Source: Candidatus Forterrea sp. (GTDB lineage Archaea; Iainarchaeota; Iainarchaeia; Iainarchaeales; JAAZKV01). Taken from it: a stretch of DNA of 29,048 nt. Positions within the stretch are counted from its first letter, which is position 1; every line of letters begins with the position of its first letter. The notes under the pieces are model-generated. The model did no database searches and was not told the origin of the DNA. It was given only the letters and a program-made list of their open reading frames with translations. Shown piece by piece: positions 17,437 through 25,498 of the stretch. The position numbers and the translations under genes were made by a program. The stretch covers positions 1 through 29,048 of the forward strand of contig DYDN01000001.1 in NCBI GenBank assembly GCA_020717885.1. Direction: 5' to 3'.

Positions 17437-18294
17437 ATGTTTGATTTGTTTGAAAAGTTTGATGGAACACCAAAAGCTGAATCTTCTTCCCAAACCCAAA
17501 ATGATCCATATGCTTCATTAGGACCAAATTCCGCCCCCTCAACTTCATACTCTCAGCAAGGATATTCCTCAAGCAAAAGAACTTTTGTTTTGAGTGTGGG
17601 GGGGAGTGTTTTCTTTAATGAGAAGCTTCGCGCGCCCGAGATTGCGAAGTTCTGTGAGATTTTAAATGAATTAATTCGCGAAGGTTTTCAGTTTGTTATT
17701 GTTGTTGGCGGAGGAAGAGTTGCAAGAGTGTATCAGGCTGGGGCAAAAGCGCTTGGTGCGAATAATTTTGAGCTTGATGAGGTTGGTATTTCTATTTGCA
17801 AAACAAATGCGTTGTTTTTTACTTATGGGGTAGAGAACGCTTGGAAGGGCGTGCTTACTGACCCAAAAGAAGCGGAGAGAACATTGCTTTTGAACAAGAC
17901 CCCTGTGTTTGGAGGGACCACCCCTGGTCAGACCACCGATGCTGTTGGGGCAATTATTGCAGAACTCTTGGGCGCGGATTTTATTAATTTGAGTAATGTT
18001 GACGGGATTTACTCTGCTGACCCTGCAAAAGAGCCTAACGCGAAAATGTACAAAGAGCTAACTCATGTGAAGATGGTTTCTCTCTTAAAAGCGCAGGCAT
18101 CAAAGCCCGGCGGGCACTCTTTTGTTGATGCGCATGCTGCAGCAATACTTGACCGAAGCAAAATAAGAGGGTTTTTCATTAATGGTTCTGACCAAGAGAA
18201 TTTCAAGAACCTAGTTCGGGGGATGGATTTTAAGGGAACAATTGTTCAGACCCTCTCCGCTGATGAAAGAGTGAATGATGAAGAAAGAGAATAA
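17437..18294 (+). CDS. pyrH: Archaeal UMP kinase with an N-terminal low-complexity extension
   Basis: VLSVGGS, VVGGGRVAR, DEVGI, PGQTTDAV and NVDGIYSADP motifs; SD GGTGA before ATG 17437. Confidence 0.92.
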   Translation: MFDLFEKFDGTPKAESSSQTQNDPYASLGPNSAPSTSYSQQGYSSSKRTFVLSVGGSVFFNEKLRAPEIAKFCEILNELIREGFQFVIVVGGGRVARVYQAGAKALGANNFELDEVGISICKTNALFFTYGVENAWKGVLTDPKEAERTLLLNKTPVFGGTTPGQTTDAVGAIIAELLGADFINLSNVDGIYSADPAKEPNAKMYKELTHVKMVSLLKAQASKPGGHSFVDAHAAAILDRSKIRGFFINGSDQENFKNLVRGMDFKGTIVQTLSADERVNDEERE

Positions 18295-18325
18295 TTTTAG
18301 TTAGTTTAACTTTTTTTCAAATTAT

Positions 18326-19312
18326 TCAATAAATTAGTTCTAATTTGTACTTTTCATAATCCTTTTTTCCAAGCAAGTACTCTACTTCTGGATAATTAAT
18401 TATCGGTTTTTTGTAATTCAAATAATCATCAATGCTTATCCTTGGGCATGCAGTGTTAATGTATGCCCCCGCTTCTATTCCAAGGAGCGCTTCTTGTGAA
18501 ATAAAATCCATTGTGTAAATTCTAGCGGTTTTTCCTTTTTTCTCAAGTTCTTTTTTTATTCTCTCGGCTTCGCTTGCCCTATTCTGTCCTTCTTTTGTTG
18601 TTACAAGTATTGCATAGCTATTCGCTTCTTTTGCCTTTTCAATTAACATTATTCGTTTTCTAAAAAAAGCATCCTTCTCTTCTTCAAGCGGGCGTATTTG
18701 TAAATCAATTGGATTAGCGATTAGTACTTTTTTTCCAGTCGCAAAGTGTATTCCAAGCGGGTGGAATAATCCGTCCCCAAAGTAAATTATTGTACTCGCT
18801 TTTGTTTCAGCAGATGAGTAATTGCATCCAAGTGCCTGTCCCTCTTCCACTCTTTTTCCTTTTTCAATTCTAACTTTCACTTTAATTTTCTCAAGTTCTT
18901 TTTTTAGAAGCGGTAAATAATGCAAGAATTGCGCGGTTGTTACAATGCACACTTCATTAATTTTCTCATCGTGCAAATATTCAATAATTATTTTTACTAT
19001 TCTCTCAAATCTTTCTCCAAGTTCATATTTTAGCGGAGCATAAACCGTTGGAGTGCTTGTTTTTTTCACATACTCCGTGTGTCCTAGGTGTAGTATTGCA
19101 TCGCACCCCATTCGTTTCGCTTCATCTTGTTTTAAGTCACATGCCCCAAAGCACGGGTCCATGGATGTAACAACTTCAAATCCCTTTTCCTCAAGTTCAG
19201 CAATAATTCCTTCAGTTTTTGTTTTCAACCCTTCAGGTACTTGTAAAAATACCCGCTTCGCATGAAATTTCTTGAGTTGTTTTGTTGCATCGCTTAGTTC
19301 TAGTTTGAGCAT
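18326..19312 (-). CDS. dph2: Diphthamide biosynthesis enzyme Dph2
   Basis: LQVPEGLK, PCFGACD, LGCNY, GDGLFH and TACPRISIDD motifs; the three Fe-S Cys are retained. Confidence 0.95.
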   Translation of the reverse strand: MLKLELSDATKQLKKFHAKRVFLQVPEGLKTKTEGIIAELEEKGFEVVTSMDPCFGACDLKQDEAKRMGCDAILHLGHTEYVKKTSTPTVYAPLKYELGERFERIVKIIIEYLHDEKINEVCIVTTAQFLHYLPLLKKELEKIKVKVRIEKGKRVEEGQALGCNYSSAETKASTIIYFGDGLFHPLGIHFATGKKVLIANPIDLQIRPLEEEKDAFFRKRIMLIEKAKEANSYAILVTTKEGQNRASEAERIKKELEKKGKTARIYTMDFISQEALLGIEAGAYINTACPRISIDDYLNYKKPIINYPEVEYLLGKKDYEKYKLELIY

Positions 19313-19380
19313 AAAATAACCCTATTTCGCAATAATTAAGTAGTTTTGGTTTGGGGGCGTATTTTGGGGTGTTTTGCCGT

Positions 19381-22300
19381 TTATCTAGATTTTTTATAGT
19401 GTTCAAGTATTTTCTTTTTCTCTTCCATTATAACGGTTTTTCTTATTTCATCAACCGCATCAATATTTGCGGACACAGAATCTATTCCGTACCAAATTAG
19501 TTTTGTCACCATCTCTGGGTTGCTTGCGGCTTGTCCGCAGATGCTTGTTTTTACTCCCGCGGGTTTGCACTTTTTTATTACATATTCAAGTTGTCGTAAT
19601 ATTGCGGGATGAAGCTCAGTAAAATTCTTCTGCACTTTCTCATTATTCCTATCCATTCCTAGTGTTAGTTGTGTTAAATCATTTGTTCCAAATGAAACGA
19701 ATTTTATGTGGGGTATGAGTTCATCAATTATCCATACTGCTGCGGGGGTTTCCACCATTACTCCAATATCAACTTCTTTTTGCAGTCCAATCTCCTCAGC
19801 GATTTTTTTCGCCCCAAGTACTTCATCAAGGCTTACAACAAATGGTAGCATTACTCCAACATTCTTTAGTCCTTCAGAATGTAATTCCTTTATTGCCATT
19901 AGCTGTGCTTTTAGTAGTCTTGGTTCATCAAGGTCTCTTCTTATTCCGTGCCACCCAAGCATTGGATTCTCTTCTTTTGGTTCCTTATTCCCGCCGATGA
20001 GTTCTTTGTACTCATCGCTTCGTGCGTCAAATGTTCTAAACCAAACGGGTCCGCTAAATTTCTCCGCAACTACACGTATTCCTTTTTTCACAACATCCTT
20101 TAGCTCAAGGTCTTTGTTTTGCCTAATGAATTCAGCGGGGTGCATTCCTGATGAAGTTATCATGTGTTCGGCGCGTAGTAGTCCTACTCCATCAGCCTTT
20201 GTCGCTGCTGCTTGTTCTGCGGCGTCAGGGAGCGCTACATTTACTTTAACTTTTATTGAAAGGTCCTTTAGTACATCAAGTAGTTCTTTTTGTTCTTCTT
20301 TTTTTTGCTCCTCATTCATTTCTTTGTATTTTAGTTTCCCAAATTGTGTTTCAATTACTTTTACTCTTAATTTCTCTTCAACACTCATTTCTTTTTGTTC
20401 GCTCGCCTCTTCAAGTTCTTCTTCAAGTTCATCAATTTCTGCTTCTTCAAACATTTTGATTTCTTCTTTTGTGTGTGTTATTTCTACTTTTCCAGAGTAA
20501 ACTTTTCCTGTGAATCCATCAATTGTTACTTCCTGTCCGTCGCTTAACGTTTCGGTAGCGTTTGATGTTCCAACAACGCATGGTATTCCTAGTTCGCGTG
20601 ATACAATCGCGGCATGGCAATTGTTTACTACTAAAGGTGTTAAGTTTTTTGTGAAGACAAGGTAGGTGTGATTATCGCCAATAGTAATATTGTATACTTC
20701 TCCTTGACTCTCAGTTCCAATTTGGGTGACTCTTTGCATTCTCAAGTCGCTATCAATAAGTTTTCTTATGTTTTGGTCTTTAACTAGCTGGAGTTCTTTT
20801 TCTGAAACGTATAAATTTTTCAAAGCCCTTTCTTTTACTCGGTAAGGTACACTTGAAGCTTGGAGTTGATTCGCAGAAAAAAATCTTGTTTGTATTATTC
20901 TCTCTTTTAAAACTCCTTTGACTCGTTTAGTGTATAATAGTATTTTCTCCAACTTTTCTACTATTTGCACATTGTAAATCGTTCTGTTCGTTGTTACTTG
21001 TGGGATAGTTCCAATTCTCAGGCAGGCGGTAACCACTCCTTGAAGGAGGGTTTCTTCTGAAACATAAATATTTATCCTATTATTGTGGAAGCATCCGTCC
21101 CCATCTATTACTCCTGCTAAGAAATTATATGCGATTTCTTCGCTTCCTTGAATGAGTGTTTGGACAACTTGTTGTTCTTCTGTATTCATTTCATGCGCAA
21201 TTTGTTTTGAGTATAAACGGTGTGCTGTTGCCGAGCCTTCAACTTTGTGCCCGCGTATTGACCCTGAGGAAATTTTCTTTTCTGAAATAGCAAATTCTTT
21301 ATTAAAATTACTTTTCGCACAGTCGTTCATATATTCAATGAATTCTCTTTTTTCAGGTGTGTTTTTTTGTATAAATTGGACTTCGCCATGCGTTCTTGAC
21401 TGGTAAACTGAGCCGTCCGTCATTATCCCGCCTAAGAAATAAGCCATTTTTTTATCTTTCTCAGAGGCGTCCATCAAAGCGGGAACATGTTGTGCAACAC
21501 ACACCATTTCGTTGTTTCTCAGCATTTCTTGTATTGGGGTGTCTTCGAGTTCCGCATTTCTAACATTAATCATTTTGTGGTCTGGTGTAATCGTTAGTGT
21601 ATTGTGGGTAATTTTCCCCGATTGGGACACACTTATTGTTATTGTGGGGGAGTTTCTTTTCATTGAGAAAATAATCGGTTTCCACTCAGTTTTCATTGTT
21701 TGCTTGTTGAAAGAAATTACTTCTAACCCGTTAAATCCTTGTTCATGTATTTGTTTAAATGTCATAAACCCTTTGTTAGTCAAAACCTTTGTTTCCCCAT
21801 CAAAACAAGTTCTTCCGCCTTCATTTGTAATTATTCCTTTTGCTTTTTTCATTACAGGTACCCAGGAGGGAGAGGTCATTTTTGTTACCAAAACATCTCC
21901 AGTTTGTACTTTTTCAATATCCTCAATCTCGGGCACGACTTTCACAATTCCAGTTACTACTCCTGGCGCAGCGGCAAGTCCTTCCAGTATTGGTTTTTGT
22001 GTTGTCTCAACTGCTTGCCCCAAAACTTTTTTCTCAAGTGTTGTGATTGGTCTTGCTTGCACAATAAATAGTTCGTTGTGTTCCATTGCCCATTCTATAT
22101 CCATTGGCTTTGAGTAATGTGCTTCAATTTTTTTTCCTATTTTTGCCAGTTCCAATATTTTTGCATCACTCATCTTTTGCATGGAAGCTTTTCCTGGCCC
22201 AAGGTTTATGCGTACATTTTGTTTTCGCTGTAAATTCTTCGAATTTACGGCGCCCGCAAAGCCTTGCTTTGCTTGGTCTTCTTTAATAAGCATCCATTCT

Positions 22301-23031
22301 TGTTTATTTATTTTCTTGGAAACAATTTTCTCGCCGGTTTTATTAACAACATAATTATCCGGGGTAATGCTTCCTGATACAACCGTTTCTCCTAAGCCAA
22401 ATCCTGCTTCAATAATTACTTTATCTAAATCCCCCGTTGGATCAGCAGTAAACATTATTCCGCTTACTTCACTCTCAACCATTTTTTGCACAACCGCGCA
22501 TAAACCAACTTTTTCTGTTCCAAATCCTTGTTTTTTTCTATAATATACTGCGCGTGCTGTGAATAGGGAAGCCCAGCATTTTTGTACCGCTGCTACAACC
22601 TCTTTTTCTCCTTGGATATTTAAGTAAGTTTCCTGCTGTCCTGCGAATGATGCTTCGGGCAAGTCTTCTGCTGTTGCGCTACTCCTTACTGCAACTAGTG
22701 CGGGGGCTCCTTGGCTTAATATTTTATAATTCTCCATTATTTCTGTTCGTATTTGCCCCGGCATTCTGGTTTTTTCTATTAGTTCGCGGATATTTGCGCT
22801 CACCATTTCGAGTTGTTGGGTGTTCTCAACATCAATTGCATCAATTGAGTCCACAATTTTTTTCTGTATCCCCATGTCCCCAACGAACTTAAAGTATGCT
22901 CCGCTTGTAACAACAAAGCCGTTTGGCACGGGAAAATTAGAATTAACCATTTCGCCTAGGGACGCTCCTTTTCCGCCTACGCTAGCAACATCATTCATGC
23001 TTATTTCTTGGAACCAGAGAATGTTTTTCAT
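19381..23031 (-). CDS. ppsA: Phosphoenolpyruvate synthase (pyruvate, water dikinase) precursor containing an intein
   Basis: VGGKGASLGEM, VRSSATAED...SFAGQ (ATP-grasp), GGRT/CHAAIVSRE (phospho-His), GLLRAEH, FGTNDLTQ and SICGQ; about 820 aa after splicing. Confidence 0.95.
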   Translation of the reverse strand: MKNILWFQEISMNDVASVGGKGASLGEMVNSNFPVPNGFVVTSGAYFKFVGDMGIQKKIVDSIDAIDVENTQQLEMVSANIRELIEKTRMPGQIRTEIMENYKILSQGAPALVAVRSSATAEDLPEASFAGQQETYLNIQGEKEVVAAVQKCWASLFTARAVYYRKKQGFGTEKVGLCAVVQKMVESEVSGIMFTADPTGDLDKVIIEAGFGLGETVVSGSITPDNYVVNKTGEKIVSKKINKQEWMLIKEDQAKQGFAGAVNSKNLQRKQNVRINLGPGKASMQKMSDAKILELAKIGKKIEAHYSKPMDIEWAMEHNELFIVQARPITTLEKKVLGQAVETTQKPILEGLAAAPGVVTGIVKVVPEIEDIEKVQTGDVLVTKMTSPSWVPVMKKAKGIITNEGGRTCFDGETKVLTNKGFMTFKQIHEQGFNGLEVISFNKQTMKTEWKPIIFSMKRNSPTITISVSQSGKITHNTLTITPDHKMINVRNAELEDTPIQEMLRNNEMVCVAQHVPALMDASEKDKKMAYFLGGIMTDGSVYQSRTHGEVQFIQKNTPEKREFIEYMNDCAKSNFNKEFAISEKKISSGSIRGHKVEGSATAHRLYSKQIAHEMNTEEQQVVQTLIQGSEEIAYNFLAGVIDGDGCFHNNRINIYVSEETLLQGVVTACLRIGTIPQVTTNRTIYNVQIVEKLEKILLYTKRVKGVLKERIIQTRFFSANQLQASSVPYRVKERALKNLYVSEKELQLVKDQNIRKLIDSDLRMQRVTQIGTESQGEVYNITIGDNHTYLVFTKNLTPLVVNNCHAAIVSRELGIPCVVGTSNATETLSDGQEVTIDGFTGKVYSGKVEITHTKEEIKMFEEAEIDELEEELEEASEQKEMSVEEKLRVKVIETQFGKLKYKEMNEEQKKEEQKELLDVLKDLSIKVKVNVALPDAAEQAAATKADGVGLLRAEHMITSSGMHPAEFIRQNKDLELKDVVKKGIRVVAEKFSGPVWFRTFDARSDEYKELIGGNKEPKEENPMLGWHGIRRDLDEPRLLKAQLMAIKELHSEGLKNVGVMLPFVVSLDEVLGAKKIAEEIGLQKEVDIGVMVETPAAVWIIDELIPHIKFVSFGTNDLTQLTLGMDRNNEKVQKNFTELHPAILRQLEYVIKKCKPAGVKTSICGQAASNPEMVTKLIWYGIDSVSANIDAVDEIRKTVIMEEKKKILEHYKKSR
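20620..21807 (-). mobile_element. Intein (396 aa) with a LAGLIDADG homing endonuclease in ppsA
   Basis: Starts CFDGETKVLT after GGRT; block B TPDH; FLGGIMTDG and FLAGVIDGDG motifs; VYNITI..HTY block F; ends VVNN before extein Cys-His. Confidence 0.95.
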
Positions 23032-23105
23032 GTTGAATTAAAGAGGTTGTTGGATTTTAAAAGGGTTGCTGTACTCTTTTCGCGATAGAAAAGAATCCTG
23101 GGTTT

Positions 23106-23303
23106 TTACTCAACAAGCGCTATTTGCCCGTTCTTTAATATGTAAGTGCTTTCTTTTATTTTCATCGCCCTGCTGTTGTTAAAATCTATTATTCCTGTGG
23201 TTCCCTCAAGCCCGCTTATTCCACTAAGCACCACTTGCCCTATCTCAAATGGTTTGAGTACGTCCCCATGCTCATCAAAAGTGATTTTGATTTTACTGCT
23301 TTT
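23106..23303 (-). pseudogene. Start-less 65-codon remnant resembling the C-terminus of a Liv-type ABC substrate-binding protein
   Basis: My own translation: KSSKIKITFDEHGDVLKPFEIGQVVLSGISGLEGTTGIIDFNNSRAMKIKESTYILKNGQIALVE*. The frame is closed upstream by TAA TAG (23304-23309) and has no start codon at its 5' end. Confidence 0.5.
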
Positions 23304-24708
23304 CTATTACAATTACTTGTCCGTGGTTTGCTTTTACTTGCACTATCCACCCGTCTTTTAGGATGCGGGTCGCATTTTTTGTTCCAACTATGCATGGGAG
23401 TCCTAATTCTCGTGAAATTATTGCTGCATGGCATGTAACTCCGCCCTCATCAGTGACTATTGCGACTGCTTTCTTCATTGCTATAACATATTCCGGTCTA
23501 GTCATTGATGCCACTAGAACATCGCCTTCATTAACTTCTTTTATTGATTCAAGCGTCGTGCATATTTTTACTGGGCCCGTTGCGGTGCCAAGGCTTGCCG
23601 CCATTCCGCTTATTGTTTCAATATTTTCGGTTTGTTTGTGCATTGCTTCATAAAATTCATTAAATTCTTTACCAGATATTGCTTTAACACTTCCAAATTT
23701 TTTAATAAATACCACTCCATTTATGCGTTCGTTTGCGGTTTTTAGCAGGGTTCCATCTTTTAGTAAATTAACGTTTAATTCTATTGGGAGTAAATATTGC
23801 AATAAGCGTTCTTCAATTCCAAATCTTTTGGATATTTCCAGTATGGCTCTGCAGGTTATATAGACCATTTTTAGATAGTTCTTTTTTCTCTCATCCTGCC
23901 AATTAGTTAAAAAATCAATTAGGCTCACGATTTTGTTCTCTTTGTCTTTGAATCCAACTTTTTGTGCCAGTTCTTTTTTTTGCTTTTGTATTTCTAAAAA
24001 ATCCGGTTTTTTGAAGGTATTAAGCTCATCTGCCATCTGGGCTATTGCTTTTTGCGTTATTTTTGTGCTTTCAGCGATATTTGCGTTTATCCAGTAAAAT
24101 TTCTCAAAAAACTCTTTGAATAGTTTCTCTTTTCTTTCAGGACTCGCGTGTTTTATTTCCCAAAGGAGTTCGTCTCTTTCTGATAAGAAGGATTGTTTTG
24201 TCGGAGTAGATAACACTGAGAAAGATTTGTTTGATTCTTTTTTCTCAAGTGTTTTTGGAAGAATATTTCTTAGTTCATTCTCAAGTGTTAGGGATAAACC
24301 CTCAATAAGGTGGGCTGTTCCAATTGTTGTGTCCATCGCGCCTGAAAGCGATTGTGCAAAGGCAATTAATTCGGGGTCATTGAATTCTGTCAGCTTGCTG
24401 TCGCTTGTTTTAATGATGTCTTTTATTTTTGAAACCTCTCCTTCGTATTGTTCTTTCTTTTTAACAAGATAATTTTTGTCCTTTTCAAGATTAGCCAGTA
24501 CAGTTTTTGGTATTCTTTCCAAGTCTTCGATTAAGTAGTTTAGTTCGCAGTAGTCCTGTTTAAATGAAATAGCAAGTGTCTTGTATGTGAAACCCAATCC
24601 TTTTTGCATTCCCTCTATTGAGCAGCCATCCACAACCATAAATGGTCGCCAAGTAAATGCTTGCCGGTACCAAGGTTGTTTTGTAAGATTTTCAAGTTCT
24701 TGCTGCAT
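23293..24708 (-). CDS. Stand-alone PEP-utiliser: helical N-terminal domain plus C-terminal phospho-His swivel domain (paralog 1)
   Basis: C-terminal GMAASLG...GDVLVASMTRPEY...TDEGGVTCHAAIISRELGLPCIVGT; no ATP-grasp or TIM-barrel motifs. Confidence 0.85.
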   Translation of the reverse strand: MQQELENLTKQPWYRQAFTWRPFMVVDGCSIEGMQKGLGFTYKTLAISFKQDYCELNYLIEDLERIPKTVLANLEKDKNYLVKKKEQYEGEVSKIKDIIKTSDSKLTEFNDPELIAFAQSLSGAMDTTIGTAHLIEGLSLTLENELRNILPKTLEKKESNKSFSVLSTPTKQSFLSERDELLWEIKHASPERKEKLFKEFFEKFYWINANIAESTKITQKAIAQMADELNTFKKPDFLEIQKQKKELAQKVGFKDKENKIVSLIDFLTNWQDERKKNYLKMVYITCRAILEISKRFGIEERLLQYLLPIELNVNLLKDGTLLKTANERINGVVFIKKFGSVKAISGKEFNEFYEAMHKQTENIETISGMAASLGTATGPVKICTTLESIKEVNEGDVLVASMTRPEYVIAMKKAVAIVTDEGGVTCHAAIISRELGLPCIVGTKNATRILKDGWIVQVKANHGQVIVIEKQ

Positions 24709-24718
24709 TTATTTCGCC

Positions 24719-25432
24719 TCACCTAAGTATTTGGCTTAGCTGTGTTGTAACATCAAATGGTCTGCCGCGGAACTTCATTATTGTTTGTCCGTTTGGCATG
24801 TGAAAGAAAAGCATGGCTTCTGTTTCTTTTAGGGTTTCGCCTTGCGCAGGTTTATTCTTTGCTCGTGATCCTTTCGGTTTTATTGCTCTGTAATCTGTTC
24901 CAAGAGATTTCATTACCGCGGCTTCAAACCATGCGCTTGTAATGTTTAAATGGAATGGTCTCTTTTTTGCGGCTATTAGGGCAGTTGTTTCTGGAATACT
25001 TCGTTTTAATATTCTATCTCCAACAACAGTCGCACGCTCAAGCACAGTTTCGGGTATTCTCCCGTCAATCCAATCAGCAAGCAAAGCCGCATCCGATTTT
25101 GTTTTCTCCAAAGCCACCATTGCTTCAGGATTTTTTATGCAACCAAATCCTAGGTCGCTTCTTAATCTCATTTGTCTCTCTTTTTTGCCTTTGAAGTTGC
25201 TTCTGGCAATTCTTGCGGTGGTGCTGTGCCTAATTTGGTCCCCGTGGCTTGTCACTAGTTTGAACCCTTTAGGGAGATTTCTTCCCGCCCATGCTGCTTT
25301 TCCCCAGCCAGTTCTGCTTAATCCTGATTTTCCCTTTCCTTTCAGCGAGTGCCTTCCTATTGCGGTTATTCCGCTTGCATTCTCAATTAGGTTGCTTGTT
25401 TTAAGGTTTGAAATTTTTCTTGCTAAGGGCAC
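24719..25432 (-). CDS. Divergent histidine phosphatase (PGM/SixA-like) fold protein
   Basis: ITAIGRHS (RHG motif), LSRTGWGKAAWAGRNL, TS...RHSTTA, W..G....E......R and NITSAWFEAAV at the second-His position (His replaced by Ser); GTG start after GGTGA. Confidence 0.6.
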   Translation of the reverse strand: MPLARKISNLKTSNLIENASGITAIGRHSLKGKGKSGLSRTGWGKAAWAGRNLPKGFKLVTSHGDQIRHSTTARIARSNFKGKKERQMRLRSDLGFGCIKNPEAMVALEKTKSDAALLADWIDGRIPETVLERATVVGDRILKRSIPETTALIAAKKRPFHLNITSAWFEAAVMKSLGTDYRAIKPKGSRAKNKPAQGETLKETEAMLFFHMPNGQTIMKFRGRPFDVTTQLSQILR

Positions 25433-25498
25433 TTTATCACCATAAATAATAACTAATTAACTTAATTTAAATGATGTTTCTCTTTGAACTGTGCATTT

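Noticed and set aside
18326-19312. Idea that the organism has lost Fe-S clusters entirely
   Set aside because: Dph2 retains all three cluster cysteines
23075-23094. Inverted repeat TCTTTTC-N6-GAAAAGA upstream of the ppsA TATA-like box
   Set aside because: Short, low-complexity and single-copy in AT-rich DNA; cannot be told apart from chance
23146-23361. Plus-strand 71-aa hydrophobic ORF between ppsA and paralog 1
   Set aside because: It is the in-register antisense shadow of the SBP-like remnant and overlaps the paralog 1 end
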